DNA from: Candidatus Woesearchaeota archaeon
Lineage (GTDB): Archaea; Nanobdellota; Nanobdellia; Woesearchaeales; 0-14-0-80-44-23
DNA length: 64,000 bases
Assembly (NCBI GenBank): GCA_026394965.1
Contig: JAPLZQ010000103.1
Span: forward strand, 13,028 to 77,027
Direction: 5' to 3'
The notes below the pieces were generated by a model, which searched no databases, had not been told where the DNA came from, and saw nothing but the letters and a program-made list of their open reading frames with translations. Every line of letters starts with the position of its first letter. The stretch's first letter is position 1. Positions 9,023 to 18,783 of this stretch are shown piece by piece. The translations under genes were made by a program, and so were the position numbers.

Positions 9023-9793
9023 GTGATAAAACAGGGCAAAAGGTTTATTAATAGAGGGGGAGTATTTTTCAGCATGCGCAAAGCCAATGAGAAATTCAAG
9101 GTGTGGGGGGATGTATTTGACAATTTCGCGCTTGTTACCATAGAGAAGCTTATAGACAAGAACTGCTTTGATGAGCTGGAAAGCCCGATATCAGTTGGAA
9201 AAGAGGCGAATGTGTTCTCAGCGAAGCGGGGCAGTGACAGGGTTGCAGTAAAGATATACCGCCTTGAGACCTGCGACTTCAACAGGATGTATGACTACAT
9301 AAGGGCAGACCCGAGATACATCGGGATGAAGAAAAAAAGAAGGCAGGTGATACTTGCCTGGTGCCAGAGAGAATACCGAAACCTGATGAAGGCAAGAGAA
9401 GCTGGCTTAAGCGCACCCTACCCGATAGCGTTCCTGAACAATATTCTCGTTTCTGAATACATCGGGGATGAAAACCCTGCGCCAAAACTCAAGGATGAAA
9501 TCCCAAAAGAGCTTTCCGCATTTGCCATTGAGGTATTCACGCAGGTTAGAAAATTTTACAAGGCAGGGTATGTCCATTCAGACCTTTCGGAATTCAACAT
9601 CCTCATTTTTAATGAAAAGCCGGTGTTCATAGACTTCAGCCAGGCAACAACAGATAGGAATCCAAATTTTTCAGAATACCTGAAAAGGGACATAAAAAAC
9701 ATGTGCCACTTCTTCAGGAAAAAAGGACTATCTCTCGATGAGGATAAAATTGCCGCTTACATAAAGGGCGACAAGGAAAAGCTTATAATATAA
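9023..9793 (+). CDS. RIO-type serine/threonine protein kinase
   Basis: SVGKEANVF resembles the Rio STGKEANVY ATP-binding loop. VHSDLSEFNIL is the catalytic loop and FIDFSQA the metal-binding DFG-equivalent. Confidence 0.7.
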   Translation: MIKQGKRFINRGGVFFSMRKANEKFKVWGDVFDNFALVTIEKLIDKNCFDELESPISVGKEANVFSAKRGSDRVAVKIYRLETCDFNRMYDYIRADPRYIGMKKKRRQVILAWCQREYRNLMKAREAGLSAPYPIAFLNNILVSEYIGDENPAPKLKDEIPKELSAFAIEVFTQVRKFYKAGYVHSDLSEFNILIFNEKPVFIDFSQATTDRNPNFSEYLKRDIKNMCHFFRKKGLSLDEDKIAAYIKGDKEKLII

Positions 9794-9820
9794 ATTGAAT
9801 AAAGCCGCAGAAAATAAAAG

Positions 9821-10570
9821 GTGAAAATGATGAATACATTTTTATGGATACTTCTTGCAACCGTGATTGACGGGCTTCTTGCATTTGTAGGGATATTCAC
9901 ATTCTTCATGAAAAAGAAAACTCTTAAGAGCACAATCTTCTCCCTTGTCGCATTCTCAGCAGGCGCCCTTATGGCAGGAGGGCTTTTTCACATGCTTCTC
10001 GAGGGGCTTGAAAAGATGAAGGCAGAGCTTGCCCTTTCACTTTTCCTTCTTGGCTTCCTTATCTTCTTTGCAATAGAGAGAGTCCTCAAATGGAGGCACT
10101 GCCACGAGGAACACTGCGATGTGCATCCGATGACATCCCTTGTTGTTATTGGCGACAGCGTCCATAATATTGTTGACGGGCTTGTAGTTGCAGCTGCTTT
10201 CATAGTAAGCGTAAGGTTCGGGATAATCACAAGCCTGATGCTTTATCTGCACGAAATACCCCAGGAGCTCGGGAATTTCAGCATAATGGTGTACGGGGGC
10301 GAAAAGAGGAAAAAGGCGCTCCTGTACAATTTCCTCGCCCAGCTCACCTGCATAATCGGAGGAATCATCGGATATTTCTTCTCGGCAGGCTCATCATTCA
10401 GCACATACATGCTCCCGATTGCGGCAGGAGGATTCATTTACATCTCTGCTTCTGATTTAATACCTGAACTTCACAAAGAGGCAGACCTGAAAAAGTCAAT
10501 GCTGGCATTCGGGATGTTTGTTATCGGAATGGCGTTCATGCTTGCAACAAAGTTCCTGCTTGGGGCATAA
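9821..10570 (+). CDS. ZIP family metal (zinc) transporter
   Basis: 8 TM helices, a His-rich loop (HCHEEHCDVHP) and the HEIPQELGNF signature of ZIP/ZupT transporters. Confidence 0.7.
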   Translation: MKMMNTFLWILLATVIDGLLAFVGIFTFFMKKKTLKSTIFSLVAFSAGALMAGGLFHMLLEGLEKMKAELALSLFLLGFLIFFAIERVLKWRHCHEEHCDVHPMTSLVVIGDSVHNIVDGLVVAAAFIVSVRFGIITSLMLYLHEIPQELGNFSIMVYGGEKRKKALLYNFLAQLTCIIGGIIGYFFSAGSSFSTYMLPIAAGGFIYISASDLIPELHKEADLKKSMLAFGMFVIGMAFMLATKFLLGA

Positions 10571-10625
10571 AAGCAATAATCAAAATGTTTAAATAGGCGC
10601 CCTTCCCTCTAAAAAAAAAGAAAAA

Positions 10626-11462
10626 GTGTGTGACAGAATGCATAATAAAAAGGCTCAGCTTGCGGTTTTCGTTCTTATTGGAATTGTGATATGCGTGGCA
10701 TTCGGAATATTTTACTTTGCGAGCCAGAACATCAAAAGCTCAAAGGAAATCCCGTCAGAAGCAATAATGAGCCAGTCAATAGAGTCATATGTCAAGAGCT
10801 GCTTTGACTTCACATCCAAAAACGCAGTATTCCTTATCGGAAGATACGGCGGATACCTTTACCCTGACATTAATGTAAATGAAATAAGCACTGACTTCGG
10901 CAAGGCAACCTATCTGTATGATGAGAACAATCCAAACGGGAAGAAATGGCTTCTCTCAATTGAAGAGATGCAGCAGGAGATTTCATACTATGTCCAGGGT
11001 GAAATCAGGAACTGCGTGGATTTTGAGATTTTCAGAAAGCAGGGCTACGAGATAGAAGAGGGAATTCCTGAAGTAACCTCAGTGATAAGGGACAGCTCAG
11101 TCCTGCTGAAGATGGACTACCCAATAACTGCAATAAGGGGAAGCACCTCAATAAGCCTGAACAGCTTTCAGAATGTGGTTGATATACAGCTCGGAAGGAT
11201 AGTCAAGACAGCAGAGAACATAATTGAAAGCGTTGAATACTCAGAAAATGAGGCAGATATTGCCCTAATCGCAGAAACAGGCGGCAGCCTTCAGAACAAC
11301 CCCTTATTTTCCTACAATTTCCTGTTCAGAATAGTGACTAAGATGGAAACAGAATGGGCATTCCTTAATGACAGGATAAGCACGCTCTGGGTGATTTACG
11401 ACAGGAAGGCAAATCCTGAATACATGTTTATATTCGCAACACGGCACAAAAAGATAATATGA
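10626..11462 (+). CDS. hypothetical membrane-anchored protein
   Basis: 278 aa with a single N-terminal TM helix (LAVFVLIGIVICVAFGIFYF), then a soluble domain. The likely ATG start is at about 10638. Confidence 0.4.
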   Translation: MCDRMHNKKAQLAVFVLIGIVICVAFGIFYFASQNIKSSKEIPSEAIMSQSIESYVKSCFDFTSKNAVFLIGRYGGYLYPDINVNEISTDFGKATYLYDENNPNGKKWLLSIEEMQQEISYYVQGEIRNCVDFEIFRKQGYEIEEGIPEVTSVIRDSSVLLKMDYPITAIRGSTSISLNSFQNVVDIQLGRIVKTAENIIESVEYSENEADIALIAETGGSLQNNPLFSYNFLFRIVTKMETEWAFLNDRISTLWVIYDRKANPEYMFIFATRHKKII

Positions 11463-11569
11463 GAATTATGAAATGGATATATACGAGAGGAAAATAAAAA
11501 AGAGATAAGAATTATAATATCATAATGAGATAAAAGGCATCAAAAGCGGTAAAATATTATGATTATATT

Positions 11570-14098
11570 ATGATTAAAAAAATTGAGATGCATAAGATGA
11601 GAAAAAGGGATTTATGGATGGCTGCTCCGTTAATCATATTGCTTCTCTTCATAGAACTTTCAATTGCAGAGTGCTCAAAAAGCGAGGGAACAGACCCAAA
11701 TTCAGAATATCCGCTGAGATTTTTTGCAGGAGTATGCACAGATAATATTGGGGCGCATCCTGACGAGATAATTGAAAAAGAAGGGAAGTATTACCTTGCA
11801 GAGCAGGTATGCAACATATCATCGGGCTTGTGCACTGACTATTTTGATATTAACGGAGCATATGGAGGAAGTGTAATAAGCGGGAGAAATGCCCTTTCCT
11901 GCAGCTATGATCTTCCTGAAAAAGGGCTCAGCGAAGAGGAGAAAAAGGGCTCTGCTGAAAACTTTACAGTAAAAATCGGAGAAATTGAGTATCAATCAGC
12001 AAGATGCTGCAGAAATGAAAATTCAGTATGCACTGATTCTTCTGAAAATCGCACTGATTTGAGGGCATGCTGCGCAGGATTTTCATGCATAAGCGGAAAA
12101 TGCGCAAAAATTCCTGAATGCATCCCTTCTTCTGAACTCTGCTCAGACGGGATTGACAATGACTGCGACGGAAAGGTTGACTGCGATGACACAGACTGCT
12201 TCAGCCAGGATGAAAAGCCCCTTTTCTGGGATGCGATAAAAGATACTGACTGCAAGAGCTCATTTGCAGAGGGCTTTCCAGGATGCAGGCTTGCGCAGTG
12301 CGGGGAATGCATGCCTGACGGAACAGGAACAAGATGCGAATGCAGCATATTAACTGCTGAAAAAAGGGAAGAAGGAAAAGAATATGTTCCTGCTGTAAAG
12401 AGCTGCATCCAGAAAAATGATAATTCATGCATAAAAAGCGAGTGCGCAAAACTTGGAGGGATGTGCCTGAACAAGTCAATACTCACAAACTGGAACTGTG
12501 GGGAAACAGAGGGGCTCTCTGAAGCAATTGGCGTTCCAGAGAGCGCATGCGGAAACTGCGAATTTGACTGCTGCATTCCAAAGCAGGAGCCATCATGCGG
12601 AGCTGAAAACCAGCCCTGCTGCATATACGGCTGCGGATTTTTCAATGAGGGATTAAGCTGCTGCGCAGACAATGTCTGCAGGAAATCCTGCACTGCGCCT
12701 TCAAGCGCTATTGAAAGAATAACAAAAAATGAAGAGGGCATAATAACTGTATATGCAACCTTGCTGGATGGAACATATGTCAGGGTAACAATAGCAAATG
12801 ACGGAAAGATAATATCTGCGGAAAGCGACGGAAACATTGAAGACACAGCAAAAGACGAGAGAGAAGGAAAATTCAAGGCAGATGAAAACTTGAAGAACAA
12901 CATTAAACTTCCTGAATCAGTAAAGGCATATGCAGAAAGGAATAATGTAACAAGAACTGATGAAAAGCCGAAAAGCGCAGAAAAGCGCTCATACCAGGAA
13001 CAGTGCTCAATTGACAATGAACCCAAATGCGATGATTCCGCAGGGCTTGTCTGCGTGAAAAAGGCGCTTTATGAGTGCGACTGCATGGCTGATTTCAAAT
13101 GGGATGATTCTGCAAAAAAATGCATTGAATCAGAGCCAGAAGAGGTATTTGACACATGCAGGTTCAGGAACCCGACTGGAATTGCAGTAAGGTCGAGAGA
13201 TGAGATATTTGTAACAGACACAGGAAACAACAGGATTATAGTTTTCAAAAGGCCTGTTGAAACTCTTGATGATGAAAAGCCATCTTTTGTCAAAAAATAC
13301 ATTTTTGGAAATCCTGACGGAAGCGCAGGGACAATTCCGGGAAAAGAGTTCAATGCTCCTACAGGAATATCAGTTGACCAGGGCGACTACAACAGGGTTT
13401 ATGTTTCTGACTCAAACAACAACAGGGTGCAGGTGCTTAACTACTGCGAGCCCTCAAAATTATACACTTTCATAAAGCAGGAAAGCTCTGCCGGAGGAAC
13501 ACAGTTCAGCTTCCCTGCAGGGATAGAGGTTTATGATGAGAATCTCTTCATAGCTGACCTTAAGAACAACAGGATTGTAGTATTAGGAAGCAGCAGGGAC
13601 AGGACTCTGGAATTTATCAGGCAATTCGGCTCGCACACTGAATCAGAGTTTGAAGAGGGAAAATTCAGGGAGCTTTCAGACATTACAGTTTATTCAAACG
13701 GGATATTTGCAGTGGACAGCCAGAGCAGAAGAATCCAGGTTTTTGACAGCCAGGAATATTTCTCAAGCGGCAATTTCAAGCTTAAAGGAACAATTGAATT
13801 TGAGGAAAGCGCAAGGATTTACGCAATTGCCACAAAGGGAAAATACATTTATGTAAGCGATTCAGTCAACGGAAAGGTATACCAGATAGACAGCGACGAT
13901 TACAGCAAAAGAAAGTCAATTGACGGCTTGGACACTCCAACAGGGCTTGATGTGATTGATGAGCCAAGAGACAAGGGCTTTTCCTACCTTTACATATCTG
14001 AATCAGGAAAGAACAGGATACTTGTCTACAACACAAAGTCCTATTTTGAGGAAGGGATAACAGAGCCGGCTGCGATAATCGGCCCTGTAATCTGCTGA
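11570..14098 (+). CDS. large secreted cysteine-rich protein with NHL-type beta-propeller repeats
   Basis: 842 aa. It has a signal/TM leader (LWMAAPLIILLLFIELSIA), an N-terminal half very rich in paired Cys including a CSDGIDNDCDGKVDCDDTDC calcium-binding-like module, and a C-terminal half with repeated NHL-like blades (DTGNNRIIVF, DSNNNRVQVL, DLKNNRIVVL, DSVNGKVYQI, ESGKNRILVY). Confidence 0.6.
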   Translation: MIKKIEMHKMRKRDLWMAAPLIILLLFIELSIAECSKSEGTDPNSEYPLRFFAGVCTDNIGAHPDEIIEKEGKYYLAEQVCNISSGLCTDYFDINGAYGGSVISGRNALSCSYDLPEKGLSEEEKKGSAENFTVKIGEIEYQSARCCRNENSVCTDSSENRTDLRACCAGFSCISGKCAKIPECIPSSELCSDGIDNDCDGKVDCDDTDCFSQDEKPLFWDAIKDTDCKSSFAEGFPGCRLAQCGECMPDGTGTRCECSILTAEKREEGKEYVPAVKSCIQKNDNSCIKSECAKLGGMCLNKSILTNWNCGETEGLSEAIGVPESACGNCEFDCCIPKQEPSCGAENQPCCIYGCGFFNEGLSCCADNVCRKSCTAPSSAIERITKNEEGIITVYATLLDGTYVRVTIANDGKIISAESDGNIEDTAKDEREGKFKADENLKNNIKLPESVKAYAERNNVTRTDEKPKSAEKRSYQEQCSIDNEPKCDDSAGLVCVKKALYECDCMADFKWDDSAKKCIESEPEEVFDTCRFRNPTGIAVRSRDEIFVTDTGNNRIIVFKRPVETLDDEKPSFVKKYIFGNPDGSAGTIPGKEFNAPTGISVDQGDYNRVYVSDSNNNRVQVLNYCEPSKLYTFIKQESSAGGTQFSFPAGIEVYDENLFIADLKNNRIVVLGSSRDRTLEFIRQFGSHTESEFEEGKFRELSDITVYSNGIFAVDSQSRRIQVFDSQEYFSSGNFKLKGTIEFEESARIYAIATKGKYIYVSDSVNGKVYQIDSDDYSKRKSIDGLDTPTGLDVIDEPRDKGFSYLYISESGKNRILVYNTKSYFEEGITEPAAIIGPVIC

Positions 14099-14117
14099 GA
14101 AAAAGCGAAGGGAAAAA

Positions 14118-14579
14118 ATGAAAAGCAAAAAGACAGAGTTTATAATCATAACATTTTCAATTCTGATAATCCTATTTGCTTCATCAGGATGCATGAAGAA
14201 AACACAATGCTCCCCTGACGACCCAAAATGCGCAAACACATTAAAGGACAGCGATGCAAGGCGGGAATGCGCCTCAGACTTCTGCTACTGCCAGGTTTGC
14301 GAGAAGGGAGAATGGCTTAAAGTTAACAAGGCAGAAAATAACATAAATAGCTGGGGCGACTGCGCAGACTACTGCGAAAGAACAGGCAGCTCGCCTGACT
14401 CTGACAAGGGCTACTCATTTGTGTGCAGCGATATTGTATCCCATGTTGCCCCAAAATGCAACTGCCCAAATGGATATAGGTGCTGCAGAGTAAAGGCATA
14501 CAAGGCAGAGAACCAGTGCATTGACATAACTGACTTCTGCCCTTACACCTGGCAGCCTGACGAACTGTGCAGCAGCTGA
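14118..14579 (+). CDS. small cysteine-rich secreted lipoprotein-like protein
   Basis: 153 aa with a signal peptide ending in a lipobox-like SSGC and 18 Cys in the mature part. Adjacent to and co-oriented with the NHL protein. Confidence 0.45.
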   Translation: MKSKKTEFIIITFSILIILFASSGCMKKTQCSPDDPKCANTLKDSDARRECASDFCYCQVCEKGEWLKVNKAENNINSWGDCADYCERTGSSPDSDKGYSFVCSDIVSHVAPKCNCPNGYRCCRVKAYKAENQCIDITDFCPYTWQPDELCSS

Positions 14580-14646
14580 AGACATTAAGAAAGAGAATTA
14601 AGAAAGAACGCCTTTACTAAATTTTGTTTTATTCTTTATTGGGTTT

Positions 14647-15675
14647 TTAATTTTTCTTCCTGAAGGAATAATTTTTTTCTGCTGTGTGCCAGAATGCATC
14701 AATGTCATCTGTTCTTTCATAGGGGCGAACAGCAGTTTCAGAAAGACTCTGCCTTGCCCCTTTCTGGTGCTCAAGAAGCCCGAGCCATGAAATCATAGCC
14801 CCGTTGTCCACAAGAAGCTCAGGAAGAGGCGAAAAGCATTTTGCACCACGCTCATCGCACATTTTTTTTGCCATCTCAAAAAGGCGCTTGTTGCAGGCAA
14901 CCCCTCCGCCCATGAGAAGCTCGCTCTTTCCGCAGTGGGCAATAGCCCTCTCAGAAACCTCAACAAGCATTGCAAAAACAGTCTCCTGAAGGGAATAGCA
15001 CAAGTCAGGAACAGAATATTCCCTGCTTTCATACTTTTTCCCGATGTTGGTGAGTATCCCGCTGAAAGACACATCCATCCCTTTAACCACATAGGGCAGT
15101 TCAATGTAATTCTTTCCTTCAAGGGAAAGCTGATAAACTTTAGGCCCTCCTGGAAATCCCATCCCAATCTTCCTTGCAAAGGTGTCAATCATGTTTCCAA
15201 TTCCCATGTCAAGGGTTTCCCCGAAAATCCTGTATCTCCCGCCTTCAAATGCGATTATCTGGGTGTTTGCGCCTGATGCATACATAAGAACCGGGTCCTT
15301 TGAGTCAGTAACAAGCCGCCCAATTTCAAGATGCGCTATGCAGTGATTAACACCTATAAGCGGCTTATCCAAAAGCACTGAAAGTGTTCTTGCAACAAAT
15401 GCTCCAACCCTTAGGCAAGGCCCTAATCCGGGCCCTTGAGAGAAGGATATCAGGTCAATGTCGGAAAATGAGACATTTGCATCAGAAAGCGCCTGCCTTA
15501 TAACAGAGTCAAAGCATTCAGAATGGTGCTCTGCCGCCTCCCAGGGGATAATTCCCTCCTTTTCAGAAGTGTATGCGGACTTCACATTTGCAAGAATTGA
15601 GACTTCGCGATTTTCCTCTTTCACGATTCCCACTCCAAATGTGTGGGCTGTGCTTTCAATCCCAAGGCATATCAT
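14647..15675 (-). CDS. kae1: KEOPS subunit Kae1 / tRNA N6-threonylcarbamoyladenosine synthase (TsaD family)
   Basis: MICLGIESTAHTFGVGIV at the N-terminus, HCIAHLEIG metal-binding His motif, and GGGVACN. 342 aa. Confidence 0.85.
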   Translation of the reverse strand: MICLGIESTAHTFGVGIVKEENREVSILANVKSAYTSEKEGIIPWEAAEHHSECFDSVIRQALSDANVSFSDIDLISFSQGPGLGPCLRVGAFVARTLSVLLDKPLIGVNHCIAHLEIGRLVTDSKDPVLMYASGANTQIIAFEGGRYRIFGETLDMGIGNMIDTFARKIGMGFPGGPKVYQLSLEGKNYIELPYVVKGMDVSFSGILTNIGKKYESREYSVPDLCYSLQETVFAMLVEVSERAIAHCGKSELLMGGGVACNKRLFEMAKKMCDERGAKCFSPLPELLVDNGAMISWLGLLEHQKGARQSLSETAVRPYERTDDIDAFWHTAEKNYSFRKKN

Positions 15676-15765
15676 TTTATGGAATTAAAAAGAGGTTGGT
15701 TAAATAACTTTTTATTGCATAAGAAGAAAATGATAAAAAGAATAAAAGGAGAAAAATAATGGGAG

Positions 15766-15960
15766 TTTACTCCTCATTAATCTTTATTGCAGAGTGCGGG
15801 CACTGAACCTCGCATGCCCTGCATCCTATGCACTCATTTGGCTTCTTGACGACTGTCTTCCCCTTTTCCTCGGCATACACGCTCATGGGGCAGACGCTTA
15901 TGCATGTCTTTGTATTCTTGCATTTCTTATAGTCAATAACAGGTTTGAAAGAAATTTTAA
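15766..15960 (-). CDS. tiny 4Fe-4S ferredoxin-like ORF (start codon uncertain)
   Basis: Minus-strand translation gives ...KPVIDYKKCKNTKTCISVCPMSVYAEEKGKTVVKKPNECIGCRACEVQCPHSAIKINEE*. It has one canonical CxxCxxCxxxCP cluster motif plus a second Cys group. There is no in-frame ATG before the first Cys cluster, so it is absent from the ORF track. Confidence 0.3.
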
Positions 15961-15976
15961 TCCGCCTCCAAAAAAC

Positions 15977-16750
15977 TTATTCCGAAGATTCCTTCTCTTC
16001 TTCAATATCTATTGGCAGGTCTTCCGGATGCTTTTCAGAATCAGACTCCTTCTTCTTGATGTTCTCAATTATCCTCTGATCCTCTGACTCGCCTTCCATC
16101 TCCTCATCCTCTTCAGGATTGGAGAGAATCTCATCCTGCTTCCTGAGCTTCTCAATCCTGACTGCCCTTGTCGGCTGCAGAACAGAGAATGCCCTTATGT
16201 CACACACCTTCAGGGGATATTCCTTCCTGATGAACGAGTTCATTTCGCTCTGGAACTTTCCCGAGATTATTTCAGAAACAATGTCATCATAATTCTTCTC
16301 AGTTGCGCTCTTTATTATGAAATACCTTTCAGCCCTCCTGAGACTTGCAATTACGTTCCTGCTTGTGTTTCCCGATGTTATGAAAACCGGCTTGAACTGG
16401 ACAATCTTGCCGTCCAATGTCTTGACTATGAACGAGTCGCTTATCTTGTCCCTTCCGCGCCTTACAATCCTCTTTATCATGGCAGGCATCATTTCATACC
16501 CGATAAGTTCGGTAAGGGCGTGCTTGTTGTCCTTTATTTCAGTAATCCTGAACTTGACATTTATGTTCTGCTTCTTGATGTTCCCTGTGATATTCATCAG
16601 GTTGACGCTTATTGTCCTTCCGATAAGCGAATTTGGGGAAGCTGTAACAGTCTCTCCCATAGAGACCTCATTGAAGTTCTTTGAAGCGAGAATCTCATAC
16701 CATTTCTTTTTCTCTTTCTGTGTCTTGTCTAATTTTTGTGCTTTAGCCAT
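15977..16750 (-). CDS. rps3ae: 30S ribosomal protein S3Ae with acidic C-terminal tail
   Basis: MAKAQKLDKTQKEKKKWYEILASKNFNEV... is a canonical S3Ae N-terminus. The true ATG is at 16748-16750, as the ORF track start at 16792 is an upstream in-frame alternative. The last roughly 45 aa are Glu/Asp-rich. Confidence 0.8.
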   Translation of the reverse strand: MAKAQKLDKTQKEKKKWYEILASKNFNEVSMGETVTASPNSLIGRTISVNLMNITGNIKKQNINVKFRITEIKDNKHALTELIGYEMMPAMIKRIVRRGRDKISDSFIVKTLDGKIVQFKPVFITSGNTSRNVIASLRRAERYFIIKSATEKNYDDIVSEIISGKFQSEMNSFIRKEYPLKVCDIRAFSVLQPTRAVRIEKLRKQDEILSNPEEDEEMEGESEDQRIIENIKKKESDSEKHPEDLPIDIEEEKESSE

Positions 16751-16915
16751 CTTAATGAAAGGGAAAAAACACCTGTTTATAAAGATTTTCATTTTTGAGG
16801 AAAAGTTTGGAGAAAAAGCATATTCCGGTTTTTAGAATGCGGCTCTCAGGAATTGAGCTGAAAATAACCCCGGCTCACCAAAAGGTATTTATATAAAACT
16901 GATTTTCAAAAAAGC

Positions 16916-17614
16916 ATGCTATACCTAACAAAAAAACCAAAAAACGCAGTTGTGATAGAGGCTTTCCCGGGATTCGGGCTTGTCGGAACAATAGCAGTTG
17001 AATTTCTCATAGAGCACCTCAAGACAGAGCATATCGGAAGGATAAGCCTGAAAGAGGAAATACCGCTTGTGGCAATCCACGAGGGAAAGCTTGTTGAATC
17101 CATGGGAGTCTTCTACAGCAAGGAATACAACATAATTCTCATTAGAAGCGTGAACAAGATTACCGGGCAGAACTTCCGCGAGCTTTCAGAGGACTTCATG
17201 AAGCTGGAAGAAGAGCTTGAGGTGAAGGAGTTCGTAAGCCTTGAAGGCGTTAATTCCCCTGCAGCAGGAGGGGATGTTTTCTTCTTCTGCAAGGAAAAGG
17301 AAAAAGAGAAGGACTATGAATCTCTCGGGATAAAGCCCCTGAAAGAGGGGATAATCCTTGGGACAACAGCGGCGCTCCTCACATGCCTGAAAAGCATAAG
17401 CGGGCTTTTTGCAGAAACAAATTCAGAGCTGCCTGACAGCAAGGCATCTGCCGAGCTGATAAAGATTCTTGACAAGCGCTTCAGCCTCAAGGTTGACTAC
17501 CAGCCGCTCCTGGACAATGCAAAGAAATTTGAGAACAAGCTCAAGCAGGTAATAGAGAAGAGCAGGGCTGCAACAGACGAGCAGGAAAAAAAGAAGCTTA
17601 ACTACGTCGGATAA
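16916..17614 (+). CDS. PAC2-family (proteasome assembly chaperone 2-like, COG1938) protein
   Basis: AVVIEAFPGFGLVGTIAVEFLIEHL matches the GFPGxGxVG N-terminal motif of archaeal PAC2 proteins. 232 aa. Confidence 0.5.
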   Translation: MLYLTKKPKNAVVIEAFPGFGLVGTIAVEFLIEHLKTEHIGRISLKEEIPLVAIHEGKLVESMGVFYSKEYNIILIRSVNKITGQNFRELSEDFMKLEEELEVKEFVSLEGVNSPAAGGDVFFFCKEKEKEKDYESLGIKPLKEGIILGTTAALLTCLKSISGLFAETNSELPDSKASAELIKILDKRFSLKVDYQPLLDNAKKFENKLKQVIEKSRAATDEQEKKKLNYVG

Positions 17615-17742
17615 AAATCCGGCATTTGATTCTGCTGCTGTTTTCTATGCTTTTTTTTTCAATTCTTTTAATTTCAATCCTGCAATATCCCGGCAATTCT
17701 TTTTAGAAAAGTTTTTAAATACCCCCTTAATCCTCATCATTC

Positions 17743-18051
17743 ATGAAGATTCCAAAGATAATAAAAAGGTATTGCGCGCACTGCAAGAAGCATACGCCTC
17801 ACAAGGTATTCCAATCCAAAAAGAAAAAGCCAAGCTCCCTGAGCTACGGCTCAAAGTACCGGGCCAGGAAGAGGGGGCGTGCCAGAGGGCAGGGCGGGCA
17901 TGGAAGGTATTCCAAGCCAGCAGTAACCGCCTGGAAGATGGCTGGAAAAAAGCAGTCAAAGAAGACTGACTTCCGCTATGAATGCAGCGTGTGCAAGAAG
18001 AGCAGCGTGCAGAAGGAAGGAAAAAGGGCAAAAAAGGTTGAATTCGTATAA
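17743..18051 (+). CDS. rpl44e: 50S ribosomal protein L44e
   Basis: MKIPKIIKRYCAHCKKHTPHKV... with a C4 zinc ribbon (CAHC...CSVC), very basic, 102 aa. Confidence 0.8.
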   Translation: MKIPKIIKRYCAHCKKHTPHKVFQSKKKKPSSLSYGSKYRARKRGRARGQGGHGRYSKPAVTAWKMAGKKQSKKTDFRYECSVCKKSSVQKEGKRAKKVEFV

Positions 18052-18176
18052 ACCCTGATTTTATGCTTTTATTTTTTTAATAAAACAAAATTGATAACGT
18101 CGAGAGGCAGACCGGTGAAAGCTTGTCTGCGCTGGAGAAACAGTTTTTGATTTCTCCTATATTAAAAAGGCAGGAT

Positions 18177-18296
18177 ATCATAAAAATCCGCTGAGAGCGT
18201 TTGATCGGACGCTCTCTTAATCGCGGATTTTTAGGATACAAAAAGGCGCTGTATCTCGCAACTAAAGTAATGAGTTTTAGCGCCTTTTTTGTATAA
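18177..18296. repeat. intergenic nested-palindrome element, copy A (full)
   Basis: ATCATAAAAATCCGCTGAGAGCG...CGCTCTC...GCGGATTTTTAGGATACAAAAAGGCGCT...AGCGCCTTTTTTGT. Outer IR AAAAATCCGC/GCGGATTTTT (18183-18192 / 18223-18232), inner IR GAGAGCG/CGCTCTC, and a second hairpin CAAAAAGGCGCT/AGCGCCTTTTTTG. The element recurs at 26307, 35110 and 50165. Confidence 0.5.
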
Positions 18297-18327
18297 TCTC
18301 TGCTGAAAAATGCGAGGAAGGACAAGA

Positions 18328-18783
18328 ATGGCAAGAATGCATTCAAGAAGGAAAGGAAAAGCCGGAAGCAACAAGCCGAAGGAAGCAACCAAAAAAAGCT
18401 GGATAAGATACGCTCCCAAGGAAGTTGAAATGCTTGTTGCAAAGCTCGGAAAAGAAGGCAAGAGCGGCTCAGAGATAGGAATGATTTTAAGGGACACATA
18501 CGGAATCCCTGATGTAAAGGCTCTCACAGGAGAGACAATCTCAAAGATACTCGGAGACAAGAAGCTCCTCCCAAAGCTCCCTGAAGACCTTATTGCGCTC
18601 CTCAGAAGGATAGTCCTGATAAGGAAGCACATTGAGAAAAATGCAAAAGACCAGAGCGCAAAGAGAGGGCTGATACTCACTGAGTCAAAAATCAGAAGGC
18701 TTGTCAAATACTACAAGATAACAGGAAAGGTTCCTGTTGAATGGAAGTATGAGCCTGAAAAGATAAGGCTTTACATAGAGTAA
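18328..18783 (+). CDS. rps15: 30S ribosomal protein S15 (S13e)
   Basis: MARMHSRRKGKAGSNKP is the canonical archaeal S15 N-terminus. The ORF track begins 6 codons upstream at 18310. The C-terminal S15 fold follows (LIALLRRIVLIRKHIEKNAKD). Confidence 0.85.
   Translation: MARMHSRRKGKAGSNKPKEATKKSWIRYAPKEVEMLVAKLGKEGKSGSEIGMILRDTYGIPDVKALTGETISKILGDKKLLPKLPEDLIALLRRIVLIRKHIEKNAKDQSAKRGLILTESKIRRLVKYYKITGKVPVEWKYEPEKIRLYIE

Noticed and set aside
16317-16835. 172 aa + strand ORF overlapping rps3ae
   Set aside because: It is antisense to a confidently identified ribosomal protein gene. The translation is hydrophobic low-complexity with no motifs.
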